From Euprymna scolopes (lineage: Eukaryota), in assembly GCA_053919585.1 (NCBI GenBank), contig CM132824.1: a DNA stretch of 64,000 nucleotides. One strand, given 5' to 3'. Made by a program: the position numbers and the translations under genes. The notes below the pieces were generated by a model. The model ran no database searches, was not told the origin of the DNA, and worked only from the letters and a program-made list of their open reading frames with translations. Positions 49,832 to 60,130 of this stretch are shown here, in pieces. Positions within the stretch are counted from its first letter, which is position 1; each line of letters opens with the position of its first letter.

Positions 49832-51260
49832 AGGTTTATGTTGATTTGACTAAGGCTTTTGATACGGTGAAGTTGGGATGCCCACCTCAATTTCTACGAT
49901 TACTCAGGGAGCTCCACACTAATATGAAGTTAAACGGATGCCTGTCGGAACCCATATCGGTTGACAATGGTGTGAAGCAGGGTGATATCCTAGCACCTAC
50001 ACTTTTTTCAATTTATTTTGCAACTATGTTATCGTATGCCTTTAGGGAATGTTCTCTATGTGTTTATTTGCGTTTCAGAACCACAGGTAGGGTCTTTGAT
50101 CTTCGTCGTTTTCATGCTTCTACAAGGACGTTTCAGCACCTGGTTCGTGGATTGCTTTATGCGGATGGCGCCGATCTCGTGGCCCATTGTGAGAGGGATA
50201 TGCAGGGTTTCATGGATCTTTTTTGGGGTGCTGTTAGTCTTTTGGGCTTACTGTTAGTCTTAAGAAGACTAAGGTCATGTTCACACCTCTACCCGGTAGT
50301 TTGTATGTGGAACCAAATATTTTTGTTAACAACCAGAGACGTGCTGTGGTTGACATATTTGTGTATTTGGGTAGCACTCTCGCCAGAGATAGAACCCTGG
50401 ATGCTGAAGTCAACTATAGAGTACAGCGTGCCACTAAGGTTTTTAGTGGCTTAGAGAAGCGAGTGTGGTCTGACAGGGGTATAACTATTCATACAAAGAT
50501 CAGTGTCTATCAATCAGAAATTCCTGAGACACATTCTGAGCATCAGGTGGAGCACTTTTATACCTGATATGGATGTTCTCATGCGAGCTGACGTAAATTT
50601 TATCGAGAAGTTGATTATACGCAACCAGATGGGGTGGGTTTGACATCTAACAAGGATGGACGACGATAGATTGTCAAAGCGCCTGTTCTATGGTGAAATT
50701 ACACAAGGAAAGCTTCCACAACATAAACCGAGGAAACTCTTTAAGGATAACATGAAAAATAATCTTAAAGCTCTTGGTATTGACGTGTTCAGTTGAGAAA
50801 GTGCTTCCAATGATCGTACAAAGTGGCGCTCCTTGGTCTATACTGGCTGTGATCGTTTTGAGAAGTAAAATATGAGCATGCAAAAATGAAGCGTGGTATC
50901 CGTAAGGAAAATCTGTCAGACATATCACGTCTGTCGGAGGATTTCATGCAGAACCACACCTGTGATTTATGCAGTAAAATGACTTTATCCGGAGCTGACC
51001 TAGCTAGCCAAAAGCGTTCACATGGAGATCAATCTTTCGTTGATGGGGAAAACTTTGCAGGACACAGATGTTCTGTTTGCCGTATGGTCTGTAAATCGAG
51101 TGGATGCCTGAAGCGTCATATGAGCGTCCACAGTAGAGCAGCACCAGTTGGAATCCCTCAATCTCAGCTTAAGTGTGATCTTTGCAACAGACTGTGTAAG
51201 AGCAGGCCTGGTCTGAAGAGCCACCTTCGTTCTCACAGAAAATAGGAATTGATGCATCTT
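49832..51260 (+). pseudogene. Decayed RTE (BovB-like) LINE 3' part with C-terminal C2H2-like zinc fingers
   Basis: Encodes VDLTKAFDTV, KLGCPP, GVKQGDILAPTLF, LLYAD(G), FVYLGSTL and RMDDDRL.KRLFYGE. The end has CDLC..H, CSVC..KRHMSVH and CDLC..KSHLRSH. Confidence 0.85.
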
Positions 51261-51409
51261 GATCACATTTCCACATGTATATATGTATATGTGTATAAGT
51301 GTATGCATGTGTATATAATTAAAAAATAAATTCCAAATTACATGAAAATGAATGAGTAATCAACAATAAAGCAAGGGGAAGATGGTATTCTACTGTCAAG
51401 AAGTGACAC

Positions 51410-51807
51410 TCACTATTTATGTCTGCCTAAAACTTTTTTAGACAGGCGACGGGGGTCTCACAGAATTGGTATCGCTTTGAAGCCTACCCTGTCGGACGAC
51501 AAATATCTTAAAAGTTACTGAAAACATTAATTCTTTACTTTTAATTGGGAATTTTCCACACGGAGGGTTTGTTCTTTTCGCCAATATTTTCGAAAGTCAT
51601 CCCTTTTTTTCGATTAACTAGCCTTAATTTAAAATGTTTCCACTTCGGTTTGGCGATGTACGCAACGGCAAAGACGTAACGTGTTTTTCACGTTCTTTTC
51701 CCCCTTCGCGGTACGTGTTCGAGCCTGCCTGCCTACTACCATTTTTTTGGCTCAACAGACACCTCAAAACACCCCGGCAACGTCGTCATCGCCGGGCACC
51801 ATGGCTC

Positions 51808-51808
<1 letters not shown>
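51410..51808 (+). mobile_element. Non-autonomous Helitron, family N1
   Basis: Shares TTTTCGAAAGTCAT, GGTTTGGCGATG.ACGCAACGGCAAA and CACCTCAAAAC with 14455-14883. The 3' hairpin CCCGGC...GCCGGG is followed by GGCTCG|(TA)n, a CTAG variant. Confidence 0.7.
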
Positions 51809-51877
<69 letters not shown>

Positions 51878-52384
51878 GTGTGCGTGTGTGTGTGAACGGA
51901 ACGTTGTCTGTGTGCATGCAGAACAGTCTTTACCAAATTACTCTATCTCTTTATGATTGAGGGACTTAACATTGGATGCATAGAAGATTCGAACCTGTGA
52001 AAGAAATTTACTTTAATTTAGCTCGTTAAAATAGCTGCTAAATAGTAAAACGTGAAAACACTTGTCAGTTGTAAGTCAAACCAAAGCGCCTGTAAACAGA
52101 TGCGCAAATAGATATTATTACGTATAAGTCGGTTACTTTAATAAACTTTTTATATGCCTCTCCTCTTCAGTGCTATGATACCGATTAGTGCTGTAAAGCT
52201 ATATGTTTTGGTTTCGAATCTTTGTGATGTCACTGATATTATATTCATTTAAAAACTACAAAAAATAGTTTAACTATTAGATACAATATTAAACCAAAAG
52301 AGACTTGACTCTTTCATAATAAACAAGAAATCAGCATTAAAATCATAGCATTAATCAGCATTAATATCATATTTCGGTCTGCTC

Positions 52385-52386
<2 letters not shown>

Positions 52387-52461
<75 letters not shown>
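52387..52461. repeat. (TA)n microsatellite, representative of more than 15 similar tracts (e.g. ~3591, 5498, 9086, 12308, 13726, 15773, 22771, 36922, 40200, 48064, 49207, 51809, 54103, 58576, 58964)
   Basis: Read directly from the sequence. Confidence 0.97.
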
Positions 52462-52462
<1 letters not shown>

Positions 52463-52880
52463 TAGCCTAAGTGCCCGGTGTTGACCGGGTATTTAGAGGT
52501 GTGTTTTGAGCAAAATAATTAAAAACAGGAAGTGGTCATAGGCAGGCAGGCTCGAACCCGCACCATGAAGGAAGAAAAGAACGTGAACATAAGTAACGTC
52601 TGCTGTTGCGCCCATCGCCAAACCGGAAGTGTTGTTGTTTAATTAAGATTAGTCAATCGAGTAGTAGGATGACTTTCCATAACATCGGCGAAAAAAGCGC
52701 CCAGTTTAGGGTGAAGTGATTAATGATTTGAACCAATTTTTCCGTATTTGTCATCCGAAAGACCGGCTTCACAACGATACCGATCTTGTGAAAATACGTC
52801 GCCTGTTGAAAGTTATATGAAGACTTTCATACAGACATATATAAACACATTTAAACAGACAGGTGAGATTTATATTATCG
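52462..52880 (-). mobile_element. Non-autonomous Helitron, family N1
   Basis: The minus 3' end is CCCGGT-CAAC-ACCGGG CACTTAGGCTAG|T running into (TA)n. The interior matches the reverse complement of the 14455 copy (CACCTGTCTGTTT near the 5' end). Confidence 0.8.
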
Positions 52881-52939
52881 ATTATATTGGACGCAATATA
52901 TAAGAAATGAGTTAAAGTTACCAACAACAAAAAAAGACT

Positions 52940-53020
52940 CGCGCGCCACCACTGAGAATCGAAACAAAAACGCTCAGCTTACGATTTATTTTGAGATATG
53001 CAACCAATGACTAGGCTATG
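52940..53020 (-). mobile_element. Degenerate tRNA-derived SINE-like head
   Basis: Minus strand reads TAGCCTAGTCATTGG...GTTTCGATTCTC, resembling A and B boxes. Confidence 0.35.
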
Positions 53021-53568
53021 AAGACATACTAAGTGTAAGGTTAAAAATTAAAACATGAACCAATGGCTACGTTATGCGTGCGTAATGCTGGCGTTCGTCC
53101 TTCACCTGTTATATTCCATTTTTTATTTTAATTTTCACACTTTTGCACCGATTTTTCCGGGCTAAAATCCAAATATAAAGTTTCACATGGATTCAAATAC
53201 CTCATATATGAAGTTTTATGTCTGTGAATCAAAACTTTTAGGAGGGGGATGGTAGCCAAATATGTTAAACAAAAATATATACGTATACATAAATATATAT
53301 GGAAACAATTTTGTGTTTGCTATATACTTTTATGCAAACAATATGCAAGTATAAAGTATGTAGAACATTCCCATTAATATAATAACACGAAATATGATAA
53401 TCCCATAAGAAAACCAAAAAAAAACAAAAAAAACTAATAAGGATTACTTAAAATGAATGTTTAAAAGAATATGCACATTAGCTAGATATTTTGCTAGTGA
53501 ATGCAATTCCACAAACTATATAGAAGAAAATTGCATTTTATGTTTAAATACATAGAAAAAAGAGCTGA

Positions 53569-54030
53569 CTCTTTTCTGTTGTTCTTAGTCTTCGGGCCGG
53601 GATCTGCCGGACCAGATATTACAAGCAAAGACCATATGTGGGGGCAAACCCACATATAAGGCCTTGGTCAATGTAGGGGAAACCCTTCATACCAATTGTC
53701 ACTATCCAGCTTTCCTACACCCGGGGAGTTGGCCCCCATTTCCCCTTCACTCCTCACTTTAATAATCGGCCTTGTGCCTAAGTTACTCGCTGTGGGAGCA
53801 AATAAATACCCTCTTTTCTGTTGTTCTTGGCCTTGGGCCGGGATCAAAATGTAGTATCTGTTCTGCAGATGTTGCACTTAAGGTAATTTGTCCCGGTCAA
53901 TGGAGGGGAACCCCTCTATACTGGGAAAATTATTATTTTTGGTCCCAACCAGTGTGCCCATTTCGCCTTTTTTTTGGGGGGGCGTGTTTATCCCCACATT
54001 AAAAACGACCTCGTGTCATATTTTACTTTG
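53569..54030. repeat. Diverged tandem dimer of a ~240-bp GC-richer unit
   Basis: CTCTTTTCTGTTGTTCTT.G.CTT.GGGCCGGGATC occurs at 53569 and 53811. GGTCAATG.AGGGGAA.CC and a small hairpin recur at a similar spacing. Confidence 0.8.
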
Positions 54031-54099
54031 TTATGAAAGCAAATAAATACTAATACAACAAAAGGTGTTTAATTTGAATATCAGTACAAAAAGAAAACG

Positions 54100-54167
<68 letters not shown>

Positions 54168-54828
54168 GGGGATGCGTGTGTGTGTGTATAAGAATCCACA
54201 TTAAGTTTACCAAAATAATCCAAAGCAGTAAACTCATATTGTATTTAAAAAAGTTCAGCCTCGACAAAATTGTTTTCAAATCTCTCCATTTCTTCATTCT
54301 ACGCACAATTTATCTTTCTTTTTATAATAATATTTTGAACTCACTCTTTTTTCCTTGTACCCATTTGTGACTTATTTCACGGAATTCTGACTATTGGATT
54401 ACTTAGAAATAGCTTCTAGTAATGCGATACCTTTGCATGTTTACTTTGGGATACAGAACTTTAATCAACTTTTCTTGGATTTTACCGTTATTGGATATTC
54501 TACTCAACACCTGACTATTCATTCACCTGAAATCATATTTTTTTTCTTTCCGTATTTTTTAACCATTCCTTCTTCTTTAGTATTTGTTACCAAGTAAGCT
54601 CTATAGCTTACTTGTTCTTCCAATAAAAAATTTGCAAGCAAAATGCGATTCCGTATTTTGCTATTTCCATCCTTTGAGGAGAACGAATATATTAATTTAG
54701 AAACTGCCCGAATTAAGGAGAATCCACTTAATTTGTGTTTCCATTTTGAAAATTAAATATGTTTTTAACTGTTCAGAAAGGGTTTTGTAAAATGTTTTAG
54801 TAATTATTTGTTCCCCCCACACACACAA

Positions 54829-54863
<35 letters not shown>

Positions 54864-55002
54864 CATATATATATATGTTTGCGTGTGTGTATGTATGTGT
54901 GTATAAGATTAGTTTATTTGGAAAAAGAAATCCAGCAGAGTGCTCAATTAAAAGGAAAATAAGAGCGTATTTATATTTTGTATTTTGTGTACAGAAAGTG
55001 GT

Positions 55003-55138
55003 TAGATGAGACAAGTCATTTGTACCGTCGGTTTCAAGCCCGATTATTAGGGCCGTTTTAGATATCCATATCAAACTCTCTTCAACCGTCCTAATTATCG
55101 GGCTTGAAACTAACGGTATCAATAACTTGTCTCATCTA
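55003..55138. repeat. Inverted repeat with ~55-bp arms
   Basis: TAGATGAGACAAGT...GTTTCAAGCCCGAT pairs with ATCGGGCTTGAAAC...ACTTGTCTCATCTA. Confidence 0.85.
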
Positions 55139-55280
55139 CAAACNNNNNNNNNNNNNNNNNNNNNNNNNNNNNNNNNNNNNNNNNNNNNNNNNNNNNNNNN
55201 NNNNNNNNNNNNNNNNNNNNNNNNNNNNNNNNNNNNNNNNNNNNNNNNNNNNNNNNNNNNNNNNNNNNNNNNNNNNNNNG

Positions 55281-55428
55281 TTGCTTAAATCATTACAAGT
55301 TGCTCCAATAGGCAGGACAATTAACATGTTTATCTCGTCAGACAACCTTAGCAGAAAATTGTCTGGCGAGATCCCCAGGATAATTTAATTATCCTATCGA
55401 TGGAAACAACTTGTAATGATTTAAACAA
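55281..55428. repeat. Inverted repeat with CTGACGA/CTGGCGA cores facing outward (family F)
   Basis: TAAATCATTACAAGTTG pairs with CAACTTGTAATGATTTA, and ATCTCGTCAGACAA pairs with TTGTCTGGCGAGAT. GGAAAC is present in the right arm. Confidence 0.75.
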
Positions 55429-56465
55429 AAATTCCAGAGGTTGAAATAATAAAAAAAAAGATTTAACTCTACTAACGTATTGGCCACCTGGTTTCTCCTN
55501 NNNNNNNNNNNNNNNNNNNNNNNNNNNNNNNNNNNNNNNNNNNNNNNNNNNNNNNNNNNNNNNNNNNNNNNNNNNNNNNNNNNNNNNNNNNNNNNNNNNN
55601 NNNNNNNNNNNNNNNNNNNNNNNNNNNNNNNGAACCCAATATTTTAAAGTGCCTAATAGAAAATAGATTTTAAAGTATAGTTTCTATAATCAGTTATAAT
55701 ATCCAGCATATACTAAATGATATGTTCTCATTCAATTTGAGCCAAGTCTATAATTAGAAGTAGTAGACAGTCCGTTTAAGTTTATAATAAGTAAGTGTAA
55801 GTTATGATCCAACATCACTTTTAGCTTACCTCTAAACTCGTTGGTTAAAACACCTTCTTTCATTTTACTGCACTGCTATCCTACACACTATAATAATAAA
55901 ACTATTATTTGACTATGCAGGAGAAAAAAAGCAGCTAACATACAGCTGGGCGCACGCACAAACACATAAAATTATATATACACACGTGTCGATTAAAAAT
56001 TATATATTGTAATGCGCATATACACTTATGCATGCTGAATCTAATTTTATATGCTAAAAAATTGCTTGTTAAAATTTAATAGAACCTATTCCGAGGAAAA
56101 TAAAACAAGACAACATTAAATCAATTCAAATAAAAGGTTTTTCTATTTAGTTTTCCCATGTCTTCAATTATGTTTTGCTTTTCACTTGTAAATAATAACA
56201 CATCCAGACATTTTTTTTAATATTTTAAAATATTTTCATACATTGAAAGAGGAATAACTCAGTGTACTATGTCACTACTAATAATCCTCAACATACGATT
56301 TTTTCAATAACTGTAGGTACAGATATACAAATAGCAAAGATAAAATATGCAAGTATGGCTATGCTATTAAAAAAATACAAATGATATGTGTACGCAGTCA
56401 GCAAGAAAAAAGTTATACCGCCTGTAGTTTGTAATTGTCTGTATTTTTGAGATGAGATTGTTTCA

Positions 56466-56902
56466 TTGATTGAGATTTTCAGACTGACTTCCTCCTCTTG
56501 GTTGTAATAGTCACAACGTTTCGGCCGTTTTGCCCTCCGGCCTTCATCAAGTGTTTTGTACCGAACCGGGGAACCGTTTGAAAGGAGTCCTAACGACATA
56601 TGGCCGAGTGGTCCTAGACGTTGTATCAAAGTTTACAGTTACCCAAAGGTGCTGAGTGCAATCCTGAACGAAGGCAGTGAAAAGTAACATTCAAATCAGA
56701 GAATCAGCAACTATGTTCCAGAGCCTAGCTGGAGTCCGAGCACGGTACCCCGTAATAATATTAAAAAGTTGGGTTCGAGACTCCTACCAAACGGTTCCCC
56801 AGTTTGATACAAAACACCTGATGAAGGACGGAGGGCAAAACGGCCGAAACGTTGAGACTATAAAAACCAAGATGAGGATGTCAGTCCGACAATCTCAATC
56901 AA
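56466..56902. repeat. Long inverted repeat (~125-bp arms, ~190-bp spacer), each arm with a minimal hammerhead-like motif (family C)
   Basis: Right arm reads CAC CTGATGA A GGACG-GAGGGCAAAA-CGGCC GAAAC GTT GAG. Left arm (minus) reads CAC TTGATGA A GGCCG-GAGGGCAAAA-CGGCC GAAAC GTT GTG. Confidence 0.85.
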
Positions 56903-56999
56903 GCCTGCAGTTTTTTGAATGACTATTGGATAAGGAAGCTTTTTATTACTACGCATACAAACAATGAATCGGCGAACTAGAATAAAAAGTGAAACAAGC

Positions 57000-57900
57000 T
57001 TTTTTTACAAAGGATTCACTTCTTATCAAGGCATGCCGGCCACTCAAGGATAAGTGGTTAATTAGTGTGCAGTGGTCAAGGGGCACATGTCAGTCATCCT
57101 TAGTAGTGGAAATTTGGTAAAGTGGATTACTTAAGGGGATAGCTCGCCAAGAACTTGTGCACGTTGGACTTTAAGACAAGCATAGTGTAGTCAGTTGCAA
57201 AAGAGGAAAACGGAACACAGTTCTAAGAAAGGAGCTTTGTTCGTGCAATTTACGTTTAGATTTAGGAACAGATACAGAGTGGGTGAAATTATTGATAGTT
57301 TTTGAGCTAGACGAGTGCTTTTCGTGAAAGTCAGACCATAGGCAACCATAGATTGGAGCTCAAACGATCATTTGCCATGAAAATAACGCTAAAGCAGCAC
57401 AGGCTCACGACGTCTCTTCTAGGGAAAAGAAAAGAACATACCCCACTAGGTTAGAGAATCTATTTTGAACTTTGTAAACGCAGGATAAGTTGCTTTTAGC
57501 AGCTTCTGTCCAGATGTGACAACAGTACTCCATCATTGGATGCTGTTGACACTTGTAAATGTAGAGAATTGAATCAGCAGTGAAATATCTACTGGCAACG
57601 GATTTGATATACGAGTTCCATCTCATATCAGAAGGCAAGGTTAAGCACAGAATTTTGTCAAAACATTAAGGCTCCTCAAGGTGAGAGCCATTCATTTCAA
57701 TTGACGCCAGAGAAGGATCAACACGTTGATGATGCAAAGATTGAAGTGGTGTCTTAAATGTATTTGAATTAACCAGCCATCTATTTGTGCACTGTACCAC
57801 ATGCTTAACCTTAGAGGAGAGAGAATCAGAGAGAACTTGGTCGTGTAAGGATTTTGAAGTGCTGTCATTGTTAGTAGTCTCATCAGCATCAATGTCTGTA
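57000..57900 (-). pseudogene. Decayed CR1-like LINE, subfamily 2
   Basis: The minus ORF gives MRWNSYIKSVA...MEYCCHIW. The 3' end on the minus strand is TTATCCTTGAGTGG...GCCTTGATAAG...TTTGTAAAAAAA. Confidence 0.8.
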
Positions 57901-58574
57901 AGTGATGTAGATAAAAAAGAGAGTTGAGTCCAGAATGAGCTGAAAAGAAGGAGGAAATGAAACAGTCAATTTTCAAAATCACATGCCATGATATATTTGA
58001 TCGAAAAATAACTCAGACAAGCGATATATATTCTGCGAAGAAGATAGTAGTGAGAAAAATATAGGGCTAAGCTAATTATAAATTATATAGCAAATAATTC
58101 AAATAGTACCAAAAAGAGTGACACATAAAGCAGTTACAACATCAAACAAGCCGAGTCAACATGGAACATTCCTTTCGCAATATTAAAAAGCGCATTTCAA
58201 AAATCGATAGTAACCTCATTAGATCATGTAAACATTACTGCTAACCCTAACCCTAAACCTAACTAAACCTCTGGGTATCATTCCTGTCGACTAACACAAA
58301 CCACGAGTTGAGGCTTCCTCGACACGACTTAAAGTGTCATTTTCTAAAATGAATCATGCAGTTCTACATAATATATGCGTTCTGCATTATAAACTTCAAC
58401 GAACAACGGCAATTCTCCATCTGGAAATAGTCGGTGTTATTTATATATACATGTATAATATAAATTAGATTGATTATCCTACCCATAACACATCTCTTTG
58501 ATGAAAGGCTCTCGACCGTTCAAGAGAAATAATGGCTTCTTATGCAAGAAATTATTTGGCATTGTATGTACTTG

Positions 58575-58634
<60 letters not shown>

Positions 58635-58961
58635 TATATCGATAGCATGAAATGGGAAATGGTAGTATTAGTAAAAAGCAAACAAAAAACAAACAATGGG
58701 GTATAGTTCATATTAAAAATGGTGTAAGAAGACTAGAACACACAATTTAAATCGATAAACGAATATAATGTGATTAAAATTGAACTTCGTAGTAGAAAAA
58801 AAACCCACAAGGCGGGGGAGGTCAATGTTCTCCAAGATAGATTTAACGTATTTATCGATTCCTTCTGTCGGCAAAAAGGTTTTTCGAATTGCGATAGAGG
58901 CATATGACATGACATTTCTCCTGCTTAGATGGTAGTTGAAAGAGATGTAGAAAGATCTTCG

Positions 58962-59016
<55 letters not shown>

Positions 59017-59694
59017 CGAATTTTATTGGTATTATATAATTTAAAATTCGGTACCCGTTCATATACCAATACGTTTTAAGTCAAAGGGAGATGACTTAAA
59101 CACTGAGCTTCAAAATAATCATATGTCATAATTGAGCATTCATATATTGTTTTAACAAAATTAAGACATCAACAAATAATATATGTCATCGTTAGTTACA
59201 AGATTATTTGGACAAATTCGAAACTTATAGCGCCTGAAAGTTTTTACAAGAACAGCTTTTTATGTGACATATTGAATAAAAAACACTTTAACAATGAAAC
59301 AATATGGACGCCTGTTCCCTTTATGAGGAAAAACATGGGAAAAGATTTTACCAACATCCCATTTATCGAAAGTTTTTAAAAGCGTTTTTATATTTACCGA
59401 TTTTCGTATCTCTATTCAAAATAACAAAAGAAATTTCAATCAAACTATCATTCAACTTTACCACTAATTACCAATGTTCACTTAATATATTTTACGAATA
59501 TTATTCACTAATTTATTAAATTAAAATTAAATTAATTTTATTTTGTTTCTTTTTCTTATCTGGACTAATCAACTAAGTCTCCAGATATATTGTTTCGAAT
59601 CTATGTTAGTTTCGTATCTAGAATTTGCTTTGTTTATATACTAAAATACCGGCTAACTTGAAATTACACAAATAATAATTAAGCCTGTATTTTA

Positions 59695-60130
59695 GTACTT
59701 CTGACGTCATAAACAAAGAATATTGCTCAATGTAGGAATCTGAGTATTCGGAGTTAGTGTCAATCGTCAGTCAGTTGATCAGAGGAGTTGATCAGACAGA
59801 GTTGAAAGTCGACACTTGACGAGAGATAGTCAGTTGGAGAGGAGAGCTCTTAGAAGCGAAGGGTAGAACCTTAGACTATTTAGATTCATTTTTGAATTCC
59901 TGGCCTCATCGACCGCCCGATAAGATGAATAAAGAAATAACCATTTATGTTTTGTAAGTGTTCGTCTCGTCATTCCTTACAACAAAAAGGTAAATGTTTT
60001 TATCATCATCTATACCGAACTGTGTGTAAACCCTTCCATGTTATGCGTTCTCCCAACCATCATCATAAGCGGGGTATCTTCTCCTCTCTATATGTGTATA
60101 AGAACTGTTGTTGCATCATATCTCACTGAC
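59695..60130 (+). repeat. Partial copy of the LTR-like unit plus shared downstream flank
   Basis: Close match to 62757-63138 (GAGTTGAAAGTCGACA, AGAAGCGAAGGGTAGAA, CATTCCTTACAACAAAAAGGTAAATG, CTCCTCTCTATATGTGTA). Confidence 0.85.

Noticed and set aside
53600-53635. Twister-like TTACAAGC motif
   Set aside because: The flanks cannot form P4 and the other twister elements are missing.
58242-58270. CTAACCCTAACCCTAA telomere-like repeat
   Set aside because: Only two to three units. Such tracts are common inside small transposons and do not indicate a telomere.
3569-59069. Many short ORFs with IYIYIY, poly-I/L/Y or X runs
   Set aside because: They are translations of (TA)n, (TAA)n or N gaps, not genes.
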